Source: Gemmatimonadales bacterium (GTDB lineage: Bacteria; Gemmatimonadota; Gemmatimonadetes; Gemmatimonadales; GWC2-71-9). Taken from it: DNA of 37,051 nucleotides. Position 1 is the stretch's first letter, and every line of letters starts with the position of its first letter. The notes beneath the pieces are model-generated. The model ran no database searches. It had not been told where the DNA came from and saw only the letters and a program-made list of their open reading frames with translations. The translations under genes and the position numbers were made by a program. Shown piece by piece: positions 27,284 to 36,941 of this stretch. The DNA lies in contig JBFJCP010000038.1 in assembly GCA_041615815.1 (NCBI GenBank), positions 1 through 37,051 of the forward strand, read 5' to 3'.

Positions 27284-30064
27284 TTACTGCGTTGCGGTGG
27301 CGGCCGTCGTGACGGCGACCAATTCCGTGGTCGTGCTCCCACCGCCCACCGCTGCCCCGAGCTTGGTCGTGCTCCGAACAAGATCGTGGGGCGCTTCCCG
27401 CGACACATAGAGCGTGGCCGTTCCCGCGTCGTCGTCGTCCAGGGGAATGAGCTCGACGACCAGCGTCTCGTAGGTCCCGGCTGCGGCTTCGGTGTCTTCC
27501 ATGCCCACCACGCGGAGCCACATCGGGCGGACGCGCTGCGTCTCGAGGTCGAAGACCCGCAGCGTGGTTTCGTATCCTACCGCCAAGGGCAGCGCCGCCA
27601 TCACCAGGGTGAGCGCGGACTCGTTGCCGAACACCGGGACGTCGAGCGCCACGCGGACCGGGATTACCTGGCCGCGCACGCGAAGCTCCCCGGTCACCGC
27701 GGTATCGGAGAAAACCAGCGATACCCCCCCCGTGCCCTCCGCTCCGCGACGGAGCGGGGCCAACGAGGCGCGATCCAGATCAAACGTGTCCACCGCCACC
27801 CCGAGCGGCGAGTGGACCTCGTCCACGACGCGCCATATCTCGCGCTCGTCCAGCCTCGCCCGCACGACCGTTCGAGCCACATCGATGTCGATGGTCTGCC
27901 CCATCGCTTCGATGGTGGTCCGGTACTGCACAGCCCGTGGACGAATCAGCGCTCCGTCAGCGGTGGGCAGGGGCGCCGTGGCCGCAATCTCCGCGGCGGC
28001 GGCTCGCTCGGTGATGTTCACCTTGGCGACATCCACGGTGAGCCGCGCGAGACGCTCGGCAAGTAGCGGCGACAGCTCTTCCTGACGTCGCCCGCCCACA
28101 TGCTCTGCGAGAAACCGCTCCATGGCGGTGGCAAAGGCAAGTCGATTCTCCGGTCCCTGGAATCCATGCCCCTCGTCCGGCACGAGAAGGTACTCGACGT
28201 CGCGTTCCAGATCCCGCAACGCGACGACGATCTGCTCGGATTCCCGTCGATTGACGCGCGGATCATTGGCGCCCTGGGCCACCAGGAGCGGGGCTCGGAT
28301 CCGCGACGCCAAGAAAAGCGGCGACTGCGACTCGAGGCGCTTGCGGTCATTGGGATCGTTGGGATCCCCCACCCGGACATGGAAGATGTTCCGAATGGGT
28401 CCCCAGTAGGGGGGGATCGATCGCAGGAGCGTCACGAGGTTGGACGGTCCAACCAGTGAGATACCTGCGGCATACAGGTCCGGTGTGAACGCCAATCCGG
28501 CCAGGGCCGCGTACCCTCCGTAGGAACCGCCAAAGATCGCCACCCGCGCTGGATCGGCAGTACCACGCTCGACGAGATACCGAACACCATCGGTGAGATC
28601 GTGCTGCATCGCGCCAGTGCCCCATTCCCGATTGCCGGCATTGAGAAACGCTTTGCCGTACCCAGTGGAGCCCCGAAAATTGGGTTGTAGCACCGCGTAT
28701 CCGCGGTTGGCGAGGAACTGGGTAAACGGGTCGTATCCCCAGACGTCGCGGGCCCAGGGACCTCCGTGGGCATAGATCACGAGCGCCAGATTCCTGGACT
28801 CGACACCGCGCGGTAGGGTGAGATACGCAGGGATTTCCATCCCGTCACGCGCCCGATAGCGGATGGCCCGAACCGGGGAGAGGTGTTCCGTCGGAAGACC
28901 GGGCCGGGCGCGATACAGCAGCTCGACCCGTCCCGTGGCGCGATCGTACAGGTAGACCGAGCCCGGATCCACGTCCCGGGTGACCCGCACGATCCGCAGC
29001 TGCCCATCGTCGGAGGACGACGCGAAATAGATCTCGCCTTCCGGGAGCCGTCTGCGGAGCAACTCGAGATCTTGCGCAAACTCCCGGTCCTTGGGGTAGA
29101 TGCGAAGCCGGTTGCCAAGGTAGTACGTGGCGACGAGCTCCTCGGTGACGTCGGAGAACTCGGCCCCTGCGAAATCGACTTGGCGCTCCGGATCCTCCTC
29201 CACGAACTCTTCGATCCCGGTCGCGGGATCGAAGAGGACCAGGCGCGTGAGGTCCACGTCTTCCCCGCGGTTAGTCACCATGTACACCCGACGCCCATCC
29301 GTGTGGTAGCGAATGGGCGCGCACGTCTCCTCGTGATTGCACTGGTAGACCGGGATGAGGGAGTCCCCCTGCACCCGGAGAATCTCGGTCCCACCCTCGG
29401 GGCCCACCCGGAGCCCGAGCCGCAGCCGGCCCTCGAGATCCGTCTGCCACCCCGCCACGTTCTGTTCGTTGCGGAACAACAGCTCACGGGCCCCGCTCCG
29501 GAGCGCGATGCGGTAGACGTCGTGGACCTGAGGATCCCGATCGTTGAGTCCCACAACGATGGTCCCTGGCGTCGGCTCGGGAATCGCGAGAACACGCGCA
29601 CGCACACGCTCAAACGGCGTGAGGTCGCGGGCCGGTGGTACCCCCGTGGACGCATCGGCCTCGGCGGCCGGATCGAGCACGTACACGTGGAAGTTTTCGT
29701 TGCCACCCCGGTCCTGAAGGTAGACGACGAAACGGCTGTCCTGACTCCAAAACGCGGCCCGAACGGGGCGCGTGGTGTCGGCCGTGATAGGCCGAGCGGT
29801 GTCGAAGGCGGCTCGGGTCTCGGTGACCCAGAGGTTCATGACGCCACGGTACGGCTTGCGGAACAGAATCCAACGTCCATCGGGCGAGAGTTCGCCGCCG
29901 GCGTGCTCGGGATCGCCGAAGAACAGCTCGCGATCGAGCAGGGGCACAAGCCGGTCCACGTACGACAGGCGCTCGGCGCTCTGGCCTGGGAGCATCTGCG
30001 GGCTGAGCGTCATCGCCAGCACGACGCCCAGCAGGATCGGGTTGCTTGGGCCGTTGGACCTCAT
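27284..30064 (-). CDS. S9 family peptidase (beta-propeller + alpha/beta hydrolase) with extra C-terminal beta domain
   Basis: Signal peptide, HGGPW, GGSYGGY, QGANDPRV, DEGHGF (Ser-Asp-His); about 200-aa C-terminal extension. Confidence 0.92.
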   Translation of the reverse strand: MRSNGPSNPILLGVVLAMTLSPQMLPGQSAERLSYVDRLVPLLDRELFFGDPEHAGGELSPDGRWILFRKPYRGVMNLWVTETRAAFDTARPITADTTRPVRAAFWSQDSRFVVYLQDRGGNENFHVYVLDPAAEADASTGVPPARDLTPFERVRARVLAIPEPTPGTIVVGLNDRDPQVHDVYRIALRSGARELLFRNEQNVAGWQTDLEGRLRLGLRVGPEGGTEILRVQGDSLIPVYQCNHEETCAPIRYHTDGRRVYMVTNRGEDVDLTRLVLFDPATGIEEFVEEDPERQVDFAGAEFSDVTEELVATYYLGNRLRIYPKDREFAQDLELLRRRLPEGEIYFASSSDDGQLRIVRVTRDVDPGSVYLYDRATGRVELLYRARPGLPTEHLSPVRAIRYRARDGMEIPAYLTLPRGVESRNLALVIYAHGGPWARDVWGYDPFTQFLANRGYAVLQPNFRGSTGYGKAFLNAGNREWGTGAMQHDLTDGVRYLVERGTADPARVAIFGGSYGGYAALAGLAFTPDLYAAGISLVGPSNLVTLLRSIPPYWGPIRNIFHVRVGDPNDPNDRKRLESQSPLFLASRIRAPLLVAQGANDPRVNRRESEQIVVALRDLERDVEYLLVPDEGHGFQGPENRLAFATAMERFLAEHVGGRRQEELSPLLAERLARLTVDVAKVNITERAAAAEIAATAPLPTADGALIRPRAVQYRTTIEAMGQTIDIDVARTVVRARLDEREIWRVVDEVHSPLGVAVDTFDLDRASLAPLRRGAEGTGGVSLVFSDTAVTGELRVRGQVIPVRVALDVPVFGNESALTLVMAALPLAVGYETTLRVFDLETQRVRPMWLRVVGMEDTEAAAGTYETLVVELIPLDDDDAGTATLYVSREAPHDLVRSTTKLGAAVGGGSTTTELVAVTTAATATQ

Positions 30065-30188
30065 ACGAGCCTCCGTCCCCTCAACAAACGACGACCCCGC
30101 CGTGGCGGCCATTTCCTGTATTCGGCGCCGCGGCAGGGTCGGACTTCACCAACTACGCGAATTGTGTACCGCGTGACTCGTCGTGCCG

Positions 30189-30839
30189 TTAGTTGGACTG
30201 CTGCGAGACGCGCATGCCAGCATCACCCGCGTGATCGATCACGAGCGCGACGCGCCGGTTCTCGACACCTTGGTCTCCGGGGCCGTGCACACCGGGACGC
30301 ACCTGGCGATTCCGGTCTTCCCCATAGCTGACGGCGCGCACCTGGTCGGCGGCGAGGCCGGCAGTGTTGAGGTAGGACTTGACGGCCTCGGCCCGGCGCA
30401 TGCCAAGCCGCCGGTTGTATTCAGCGCTCCCAGCCGGATCGGCGAAGCCCTCGACCGTGATCATCGCGTTCTGGTAGTGATCTCGTACGATGGTCGCGAA
30501 GCGAGTCAGGACCTGCTTGTCCTGCTCGCGCACGGTCGCGTTGTCGTATCCGAAATACACCGGTACGTTGAACCTCAGCATGCCCTGCATCTGCGTGACC
30601 TGGGCGTTGAACTCGCGGCGGAAGGCCTCGAGATCGCGCTCCAACGCGCCCACGCGCCGGGACAGTGAGTCGATTCGCCGACCGGCGTTGGCGGCAACCT
30701 GTTGGTCACCAGCCTGCATCTCCGAGCGCATCTCCTCGCGCATGTTGGCGAGCTGCTGATCCACCTGGTCCTGCTTCACGCCGCAGCCGACGACGAGCAC
30801 GGCCAGTCCAACAGCCCCTAACAACGCGGACTTACGCAT
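30189..30839 (-). CDS. OmpA/Pal-like peptidoglycan-binding lipoprotein with coiled-coil linker
   Basis: AAGGAGG RBS, lipobox VVGC, VYFGYD, EGFAD..GSAEYNRRLGMRRAEAV, SYGE, NRRV. Confidence 0.92.
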   Translation of the reverse strand: MRKSALLGAVGLAVLVVGCGVKQDQVDQQLANMREEMRSEMQAGDQQVAANAGRRIDSLSRRVGALERDLEAFRREFNAQVTQMQGMLRFNVPVYFGYDNATVREQDKQVLTRFATIVRDHYQNAMITVEGFADPAGSAEYNRRLGMRRAEAVKSYLNTAGLAADQVRAVSYGEDRNRQVRPGVHGPGDQGVENRRVALVIDHAGDAGMRVSQQSN

Positions 30840-30897
30840 GACATTCCTCCTTCGAGTGGCTTTCGCCCCTGGGTAGTTTCCACAGTTCAGTTTTCAG

Positions 30898-30924
30898 GTA
30901 AGTTGTAGGAACCTAACTACTTAC
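30898..30924. promoter_or_regulatory. IHF-like AT-rich dyad GTAAGT-N15-ACTTAC
   Basis: gtaagttgtaggaacctaactacttac upstream of the OmpA gene. Confidence 0.5.
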
Positions 30925-31144
30925 ACACCAAAATGCGAGTGGCGGCGCCCCGGACGGCAGCAACCCGCCGGTCCGCGCCACATCTTAATCACCGGTCGTT
31001 GTGGAGTGAAGCCTCGTCCGTCGGGACCTGGACACCCCGCCCAAGCCGACCTGACGACTGGCTGATTGTTACGCTCTCGGGACAAATTCAGGCGGTGATC
31101 TGGCTCACGCGCCATCCCGCGTGCATCCAGGAGTCCCTAAACCC

Positions 31145-32059
31145 ATGCTCCTCCCGATCGTCTGGCACCCGGGGTACGAGGTCGATATCGGCCCCCACGT
31201 GTTTCCGACCAACAAGTACCGCCTCGTGCGGGATCGCCTTCTCGAGGACGGCACTACGTGCGAAGCGACTATTCGCCAGCCCGAGCCCGCCACCGACCGG
31301 GAGGTGGGGCTCGTCCACACCCCCGAGTACCTGGCGAAGATCCGGCACGACCAGCTCACTCCCGATGACGAACTCCGTCTCGAGCTCCCATTCTCCCCAG
31401 GTCTACGACGCGCGTCTTGGCTGTGCGCGGGTGGGTCCATCCTCACGGCGCGCCTGGCGCTGGAGGGCGGCGTGGCGGCGCACCTCGGAGGTGGTTTCCA
31501 TCATGCCTTTCCGGATCACGGCGAGGGGTTCTGCCTGATCAACGACGTGGCCATCGCCGTTCAAGTGTTACGACACGAGGGACGCGTTGGGCGGGCGATG
31601 GTCGTCGACTGCGATGTCCACCAGGGGAACGGCACGGCGGCAGTCTTCGCAACCGAAGCGGACGTGTTCACGTATTCGATGCATCAAGAGGCCAACTATC
31701 CCCCATGGAAACCCCCCAGCGATCTCGATGTCGGTCTCGAAGACCAAATCGGTGATGCCGACTACCTCGCGCAGTTGGAACAGACCCTTGCGCCGGCCGT
31801 TCAGCACCACGAGCCCGAGCTGGCGGTATACTTGGCGGGGGCCGACCCGTACGTTTTCGATCAGTTGGGGGGCCTCGGACTCACCCTGGCCGGCCTGCGC
31901 CAGCGAGACGAATTGGTGCTGGAGATCTTGCGAGACCGCAGCACCGCGGTCGCGATCGTGCTGGCCGGCGGGTACGCCCGCCGCCTCGAAGAAACGGTCG
32001 AAATCCACTGCGCGACCATCCGGGCCGCCAAGACCGCATTGGACGAGGAGAGACCATGA
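31145..32059 (+). CDS. Zn-dependent histone deacetylase family protein
   Basis: HVFPTNKY, GGGFHHA, GEGFC, DCDVHQGNGT, GADP..D, AGGY. Confidence 0.93.
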   Translation: MLLPIVWHPGYEVDIGPHVFPTNKYRLVRDRLLEDGTTCEATIRQPEPATDREVGLVHTPEYLAKIRHDQLTPDDELRLELPFSPGLRRASWLCAGGSILTARLALEGGVAAHLGGGFHHAFPDHGEGFCLINDVAIAVQVLRHEGRVGRAMVVDCDVHQGNGTAAVFATEADVFTYSMHQEANYPPWKPPSDLDVGLEDQIGDADYLAQLEQTLAPAVQHHEPELAVYLAGADPYVFDQLGGLGLTLAGLRQRDELVLEILRDRSTAVAIVLAGGYARRLEETVEIHCATIRAAKTALDEERP

Positions 32060-32487
32060 TGTGTCGACTGTCGCGTTTTGTGATCCACATCGCAACAGTG
32101 CTCGTCGTCGCGACCGGTGCAGCCTGCAGCGACGGCGGTATCGCGCCCCGTGTCGGCATCGTGGCACCCGTGGACGGTGCCGTCTTGGATCGGGGGACCG
32201 TGCGCGTGGAGCTCGCAGCGACGGGTGTGGAAATCGCCGCTGCCGCGGACGAGCGGCCGGGGACGGCTCACCACCACATCTTCATCGACCGAGATATCAC
32301 GCCGCTCGCCGACACGATTCCGGCCGGCGTCTCCGGGATCGTGCATCTCGGCCGGGGGCAAACGACGTTTGACATCCTCGAGCTGCCGGCCGGCGAGCAC
32401 CGCGTGATCGCCGTGCTGGCCGACTGGGCGCACGTGCCCCTCAGCCCACCGGTGACCGACACCGTCCATTTCACGATCCGCCCCTGA
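32056..32487 (+). CDS. DUF4399-like lipoprotein
   Basis: ATGA overlap; lipobox GAAC; AHHHIFID, HLGRGQT, LPAGEHRVIAVLAD..H. Confidence 0.75.
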   Translation: MMCRLSRFVIHIATVLVVATGAACSDGGIAPRVGIVAPVDGAVLDRGTVRVELAATGVEIAAAADERPGTAHHHIFIDRDITPLADTIPAGVSGIVHLGRGQTTFDILELPAGEHRVIAVLADWAHVPLSPPVTDTVHFTIRP

Positions 32488-32605
32488 CAGGGGTGCTAGC
32501 CCGATCGGCCCGAAACCCGTAAGTTTTGATGACGAGGCCGGTTGACTGCTCCATGTCGCGCTTTTCCGACCTTCCAATCTTTCCGCCATGCGGGGAGGTC
32601 GATCC

Positions 32606-33658
32606 ATGGTTCGCGCCGCTGGGCTCACCGCAGCGTTCGCCGTCTTCACCGCTGGGGACCTCGCCACGCAGGAACCCATGACCACGGCTGCGGTGGAGAC
32701 GGCAGCTGACCCACTCTTCACGTCCCATGCGATGCTGGAGATCACGCTGGAGATGGATCTCCGGACGGTGGTCAAGGACGTGGGGGACGAGAACCAGCAC
32801 CACCCCGCGACACTGACCGTTTGGGATACGGGCGGCGAGCACACGGTCGAGATCGAGGTCGAGACACGCGGCCATTTTCGGCGCAACAAGCGAAACTGCA
32901 ACTTCCCGCCTCTGCGGCTCGCGTTCCCCGATTCGGGAACCGAGGGGACGCCGTTCGCCGGACAGCGCGAACTCAAGCTCGTGGTGCACTGCCAGGACAA
33001 GAAAGACGAATATGAACAGTATGTTCTCGAGGAGTATCTGATCTACCGCGTGTTCAACGTGCTCACCGACCGGAGCTTCCGGGTGCGGCTGGCCCGCATC
33101 ACCTACCGCGACCGCGTGGGGAAGCGGGACCCACTCACCAAGTACGCGTTTCTGATCGAAGAACACGAAGCAATGGCGGCCCGCAACGGCTGTACCGTCC
33201 TCGAAGTCAATGCGCATCCGCTCGAGTTCTCTCCCGCAGAGACGGCGCGGATGGTGCTGTTCCAGTACATGATCGGCAACACCGATTTCTCTATCGCCTA
33301 CTTGCACAATGTCCGGCTGCTGATGTGCCCAAACTACGAATCCGTCGCCGTACCGTACGATTTTGACTGGTCTGGAGTGATCGGTACGCCATACGCGAAG
33401 CCGGATCGCAAGCTGCCCATCCGATCGGTGCGAGACCGCTTGTTCCGCGGGTTCTGTCGCGACGAGGCCGTGTACCAACAGGCGGCGCGGGAGTTGCTGG
33501 AACGTAAAGACGCGATTTACGATCTCTACCGCACCCAGGATGGTCTCGACCCCAAGCGCCTCGAACGGACGCTCGAATACTACGACGAGTTCTACGAGAT
33601 CCTGGACGATCCACGAAAGTTCCGCCGGGAGATTCTCGACCGCTGTCGCGAAACATGA
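32606..33658 (+). CDS. Secreted CotH-like (atypical kinase fold) hypothetical protein
   Basis: GGAGGT RBS, signal peptide; RGHFRR..CNFPPLRL, KLVVHC, EEYLIY, FLIE, IGNTDF...HN, VPYDFD. Confidence 0.65.
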   Translation: MVRAAGLTAAFAVFTAGDLATQEPMTTAAVETAADPLFTSHAMLEITLEMDLRTVVKDVGDENQHHPATLTVWDTGGEHTVEIEVETRGHFRRNKRNCNFPPLRLAFPDSGTEGTPFAGQRELKLVVHCQDKKDEYEQYVLEEYLIYRVFNVLTDRSFRVRLARITYRDRVGKRDPLTKYAFLIEEHEAMAARNGCTVLEVNAHPLEFSPAETARMVLFQYMIGNTDFSIAYLHNVRLLMCPNYESVAVPYDFDWSGVIGTPYAKPDRKLPIRSVRDRLFRGFCRDEAVYQQAARELLERKDAIYDLYRTQDGLDPKRLERTLEYYDEFYEILDDPRKFRREILDRCRET

Positions 33659-33722
33659 ATCGCCGCCACTGTACGGCGGCTTCCGACCGGACCACCGCAT
33701 GCCATGAGGTCCTCAAGCGCTG

Positions 33723-36700
33723 ATGCCCGCATCCGAGCTCCGCTACGCCGTTTCCGATGTTGCCACCCTCAACCGGATCCTGACCGACGACCTTCCCGGC
33801 CGGTTCCGGGGCGGTGACGTCCGGGATCGATTTTTCCGCGACGTGTACTACGACACGTCCGACGGGGTGCTGCGATCGAAAGGGGTCACCTGCCGCTTCC
33901 GGATCGGCGCCGACGACCGCCGGTGGTTGGCCGTCGCCTTTGGCGGAGGTGACCGGGCCGCGCAGGAGTTCGAAGTGGCCGTTGAGGAAGCAGACCTCGC
34001 CGCGGCTCTTGTCGGAGATTCGACCCCTGCCCGCCGGCTGCGCGGCGTCATCGACCCGTCACGGCTGGTCCTCTGTCTGGAGCTCGAAGTGCACAGGCGT
34101 ACTCGTCCGGTTCGGCACGCCATCCTTCCGCTGGCCCCGTTTGAGCTTATCGGGGACGCCGTCACCGTGCGGGCAGACGACGTCTCGCACGCCTTCCAGG
34201 AGATCGCCGTCGCGGCCAGGCTGCGCGTGGGGCCCAAGCCGGATCGGCTGGGCGCCGCACTCAAGGAGGCGTATGCGCTGCGTCCGCTGCTCGACGGGCG
34301 GCTCGCCCGGGCGATGAGCATGCTGGAGACGCTCGAGGCGACGAAACTCGCCGAAAAGGTGCAACAGGTCCGGGAAGTCGCCATCCTCGTCGTGGACGAG
34401 GGTCGGGTCGCGTTGTGCCGGCAGGAATCCGACTTTCGATTGCCCGTGCAAAAGGGGACGGGGGAGGAGGCGTGCCGGGCGCTGCTGCGGGCGACGTTGG
34501 GTAGCGCCGACGGCAAGCTCGCTCAGTTGGGACTCGTGCGAACCACGGGAACCAGACCACCGCTCGAAGTGTGGGTGGCCCGACGGGTGCATCAGGCCTC
34601 GGCCGCGCCGGGACTGGAGTGGTTCTCTCCCGGTGAGGTGATCGCGCGGGCCGGCTCGCCCGTGCTCAAGGATCCCCGCACGCTGGCGGCCCTGTCCGTG
34701 GCCGGACGCTCGGATCGCATCCCGGAATGGAGCACACCCGAGGGGGGAAGCGATCACGCCGAGCCGTCCATTGAAGTCACCACGCAACGGAAGAGCTTCA
34801 TCGCGGTGGCCGCGGCTCCTCTCCCCAAGGGTGCCCGGAAACAGGAGCACGGGACACCCGATCAGTTCCTCAACATTCAGCTCGGCCATCTCGAGTTCAA
34901 CAGCCGCGTGCTGGCGCTCGCGGAAGACCCCGGGGGTCCGCTGCTGGCTCGCCTCCGGTTTCTCGCGATCTTCAGCACGAACATGGACGAGTTCTTCATG
35001 ATCCGGGTGGGCGGGCTGAAACGGGCCGTGGCCGTCGGGAAGGAAAAGCTCTCGTTGGATGGCCTGACGCCGGAGGAGCAGCTCCACGCCATCACCATCC
35101 GCGTGCAGGCACTCTTGGAACGCCATCGGCGCTGTTTTCGGAACGTGCTGGAGCGCGACCTCCCCAGGGCCGGGCTGGCGCTTCGAAAGTGGAGCGACCT
35201 CCAACCGGAGGAACAGGCGGAACTCCAGGACTACTTCGAGGTGGAGCTGCTTCCTTTGCTCACCCCCAAGGCGATCACGTTGGCGCCCGGGCACCCCTTC
35301 CCGCTCATCGACAGTCTCTCACTGTCCATGGCCGTGATGGTGAAGGATCCGCAGACGAAGCGCTCACACTTCATCGATCTCACGCTGCCCAGCCACGTCC
35401 CGCAGCTCACGCGCGTGGGACAAACTCGCTCGTTCGTGCCGCTCGAAGAGATCGTGCGCGCCAACGCCGCCACGATCCACCCCGGCCGGAAGGTCGTGGC
35501 CGCACACGCGTTTCGTGTGACCCGCCTCGGAGACCTCGAGCTCGACGAAACCCACGCCGCCGATCTGACCCAGGCGATCGAGGAAGAGGTCAATCGACGC
35601 GGCCGGGCACCGGTGGTGCGGGTCGAGATCGATCGCGCCATGCCGGCGGAGATCCGCAGCCGGCTGAACAAGGAACTCCGTGCGGAAGACACCGGTGAAC
35701 ACAGCGTCTTGGGTGAACCGGACATGCACGAGGCGGATGGGTTGCTCAATCTCGGCTCGCTGATGGACATGGGGACCTTCGACGCCCCGGAGCTTGACTA
35801 CCCCTCATTCACTCCGGCCGACCCCTTCGCCGGCACCAGCGGCACCATCTTCGATGTGCTCGACCAGCGGGACGTGCTGGTGCACCACCCATACGATTGC
35901 TTCGAGGCAAGTTTCGAGCGCCTCCTCACCGAGGCGGCTGACGATCCGGACGTCATGGCCATCAAGCTCACGCTCTATCGTCCGGGCCGCCCGTCCGTCA
36001 TCAGTGACGCGCTCCATCGAGCTGCGGCAGCCGGGAAACAGGTTTCCGTCTTCGTGGAACTCAAGGCCCGTTTCGACGAGCAGCAAAACATCGTGTGGGC
36101 GCGAAAACTCGAACGGGCTGGCATCCACGTCGTGACGGGACTCGTGAAGTACAAGACACACGCCAAGATCGCGCTGGTGGTGCGACGCTCGAACGGAAAA
36201 GTGAAGCGCTACTCGCACATTGGGAGTGGGAACTACAATCGGAAGACGGCCAAGGTGTACACCGACTTCGGGGTGTTCACGTCCGACGACGGGATCGGGA
36301 CGGATCTGCAGGCCCTGTTCAACGAGCTGACGGGCTCCTCACGCCCGCCGCAGGCGGATTTCCACCGGCTGATCGTGGCCCCGACCAACGCGCTCCGACG
36401 ATTCCTGGATCTCATTCAGCGGGAGATCGATCACGCCACGGCGGGTCGTCCTGCTCGCATTCGCGTCAAAATGAATGCGCTGGTGGACGCCGAAGTGATC
36501 GCCGCGCTCTACCGAGCCTCCCAGGCCGGCGTCGAGATCGACATGATCGTGCGCGGCATGTGCGCGCTCAGGCCCGGCGTCCCGGGTCTGTCGGAGCGCA
36601 TTCGTGTGATCAGCATCCTCGGGCGTTTTCTGGAGCACGGGCGCATCTACTACTTCGAGAACGACGGAAACCCAGAGTACTTCATCGGATCCGCCGATCT

Positions 36701-36941
36701 CCGCCCGCGAAACCTCAGGCATCGGGTGGAGGTCGTGACCCCGATCCTCCAGCCCGAGGCGCGCGCGTATCTGCAACGGGCTCTGGAGACCGAATTGGAC
36801 GACCCCACGGCATGGGTATTGAACTCGGATGGCTCGTACGATCGCGGCCTAGCCCCCACCGGTGTGGAGTTGACGAGTGCGCAGGAACAGTTCATTCAAT
36901 GGGCCGGAGAACGGGCGGAAGCGCGTCCGGCTCCGGCCTGA
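33723..36941 (+). CDS. ppk1: Polyphosphate kinase 1 with N-terminal CYTH-like and NUDIX-like domains (copy B)
   Basis: LEFNSRVL, STNMDEFFMIRV, HPFP, VHHPY, TLYR, ELKARFDE, KTHAK, GSGNYN, RFLEHGRIY, SADLRPRN; N-terminal DVYYDTSDGVLRSKGVTCRFR. Confidence 0.95.
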   Translation: MPASELRYAVSDVATLNRILTDDLPGRFRGGDVRDRFFRDVYYDTSDGVLRSKGVTCRFRIGADDRRWLAVAFGGGDRAAQEFEVAVEEADLAAALVGDSTPARRLRGVIDPSRLVLCLELEVHRRTRPVRHAILPLAPFELIGDAVTVRADDVSHAFQEIAVAARLRVGPKPDRLGAALKEAYALRPLLDGRLARAMSMLETLEATKLAEKVQQVREVAILVVDEGRVALCRQESDFRLPVQKGTGEEACRALLRATLGSADGKLAQLGLVRTTGTRPPLEVWVARRVHQASAAPGLEWFSPGEVIARAGSPVLKDPRTLAALSVAGRSDRIPEWSTPEGGSDHAEPSIEVTTQRKSFIAVAAAPLPKGARKQEHGTPDQFLNIQLGHLEFNSRVLALAEDPGGPLLARLRFLAIFSTNMDEFFMIRVGGLKRAVAVGKEKLSLDGLTPEEQLHAITIRVQALLERHRRCFRNVLERDLPRAGLALRKWSDLQPEEQAELQDYFEVELLPLLTPKAITLAPGHPFPLIDSLSLSMAVMVKDPQTKRSHFIDLTLPSHVPQLTRVGQTRSFVPLEEIVRANAATIHPGRKVVAAHAFRVTRLGDLELDETHAADLTQAIEEEVNRRGRAPVVRVEIDRAMPAEIRSRLNKELRAEDTGEHSVLGEPDMHEADGLLNLGSLMDMGTFDAPELDYPSFTPADPFAGTSGTIFDVLDQRDVLVHHPYDCFEASFERLLTEAADDPDVMAIKLTLYRPGRPSVISDALHRAAAAGKQVSVFVELKARFDEQQNIVWARKLERAGIHVVTGLVKYKTHAKIALVVRRSNGKVKRYSHIGSGNYNRKTAKVYTDFGVFTSDDGIGTDLQALFNELTGSSRPPQADFHRLIVAPTNALRRFLDLIQREIDHATAGRPARIRVKMNALVDAEVIAALYRASQAGVEIDMIVRGMCALRPGVPGLSERIRVISILGRFLEHGRIYYFENDGNPEYFIGSADLRPRNLRHRVEVVTPILQPEARAYLQRALETELDDPTAWVLNSDGSYDRGLAPTGVELTSAQEQFIQWAGERAEARPAPA

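Noticed and set aside
28883..35294. Long antisense or alternate-frame ORFs (e.g. 28883-30331, 32471-33700, 34059-35294; also 15897-17051, 20854-21912)
   Set aside because: Shadow ORFs expected opposite real genes in high-GC DNA; no motifs
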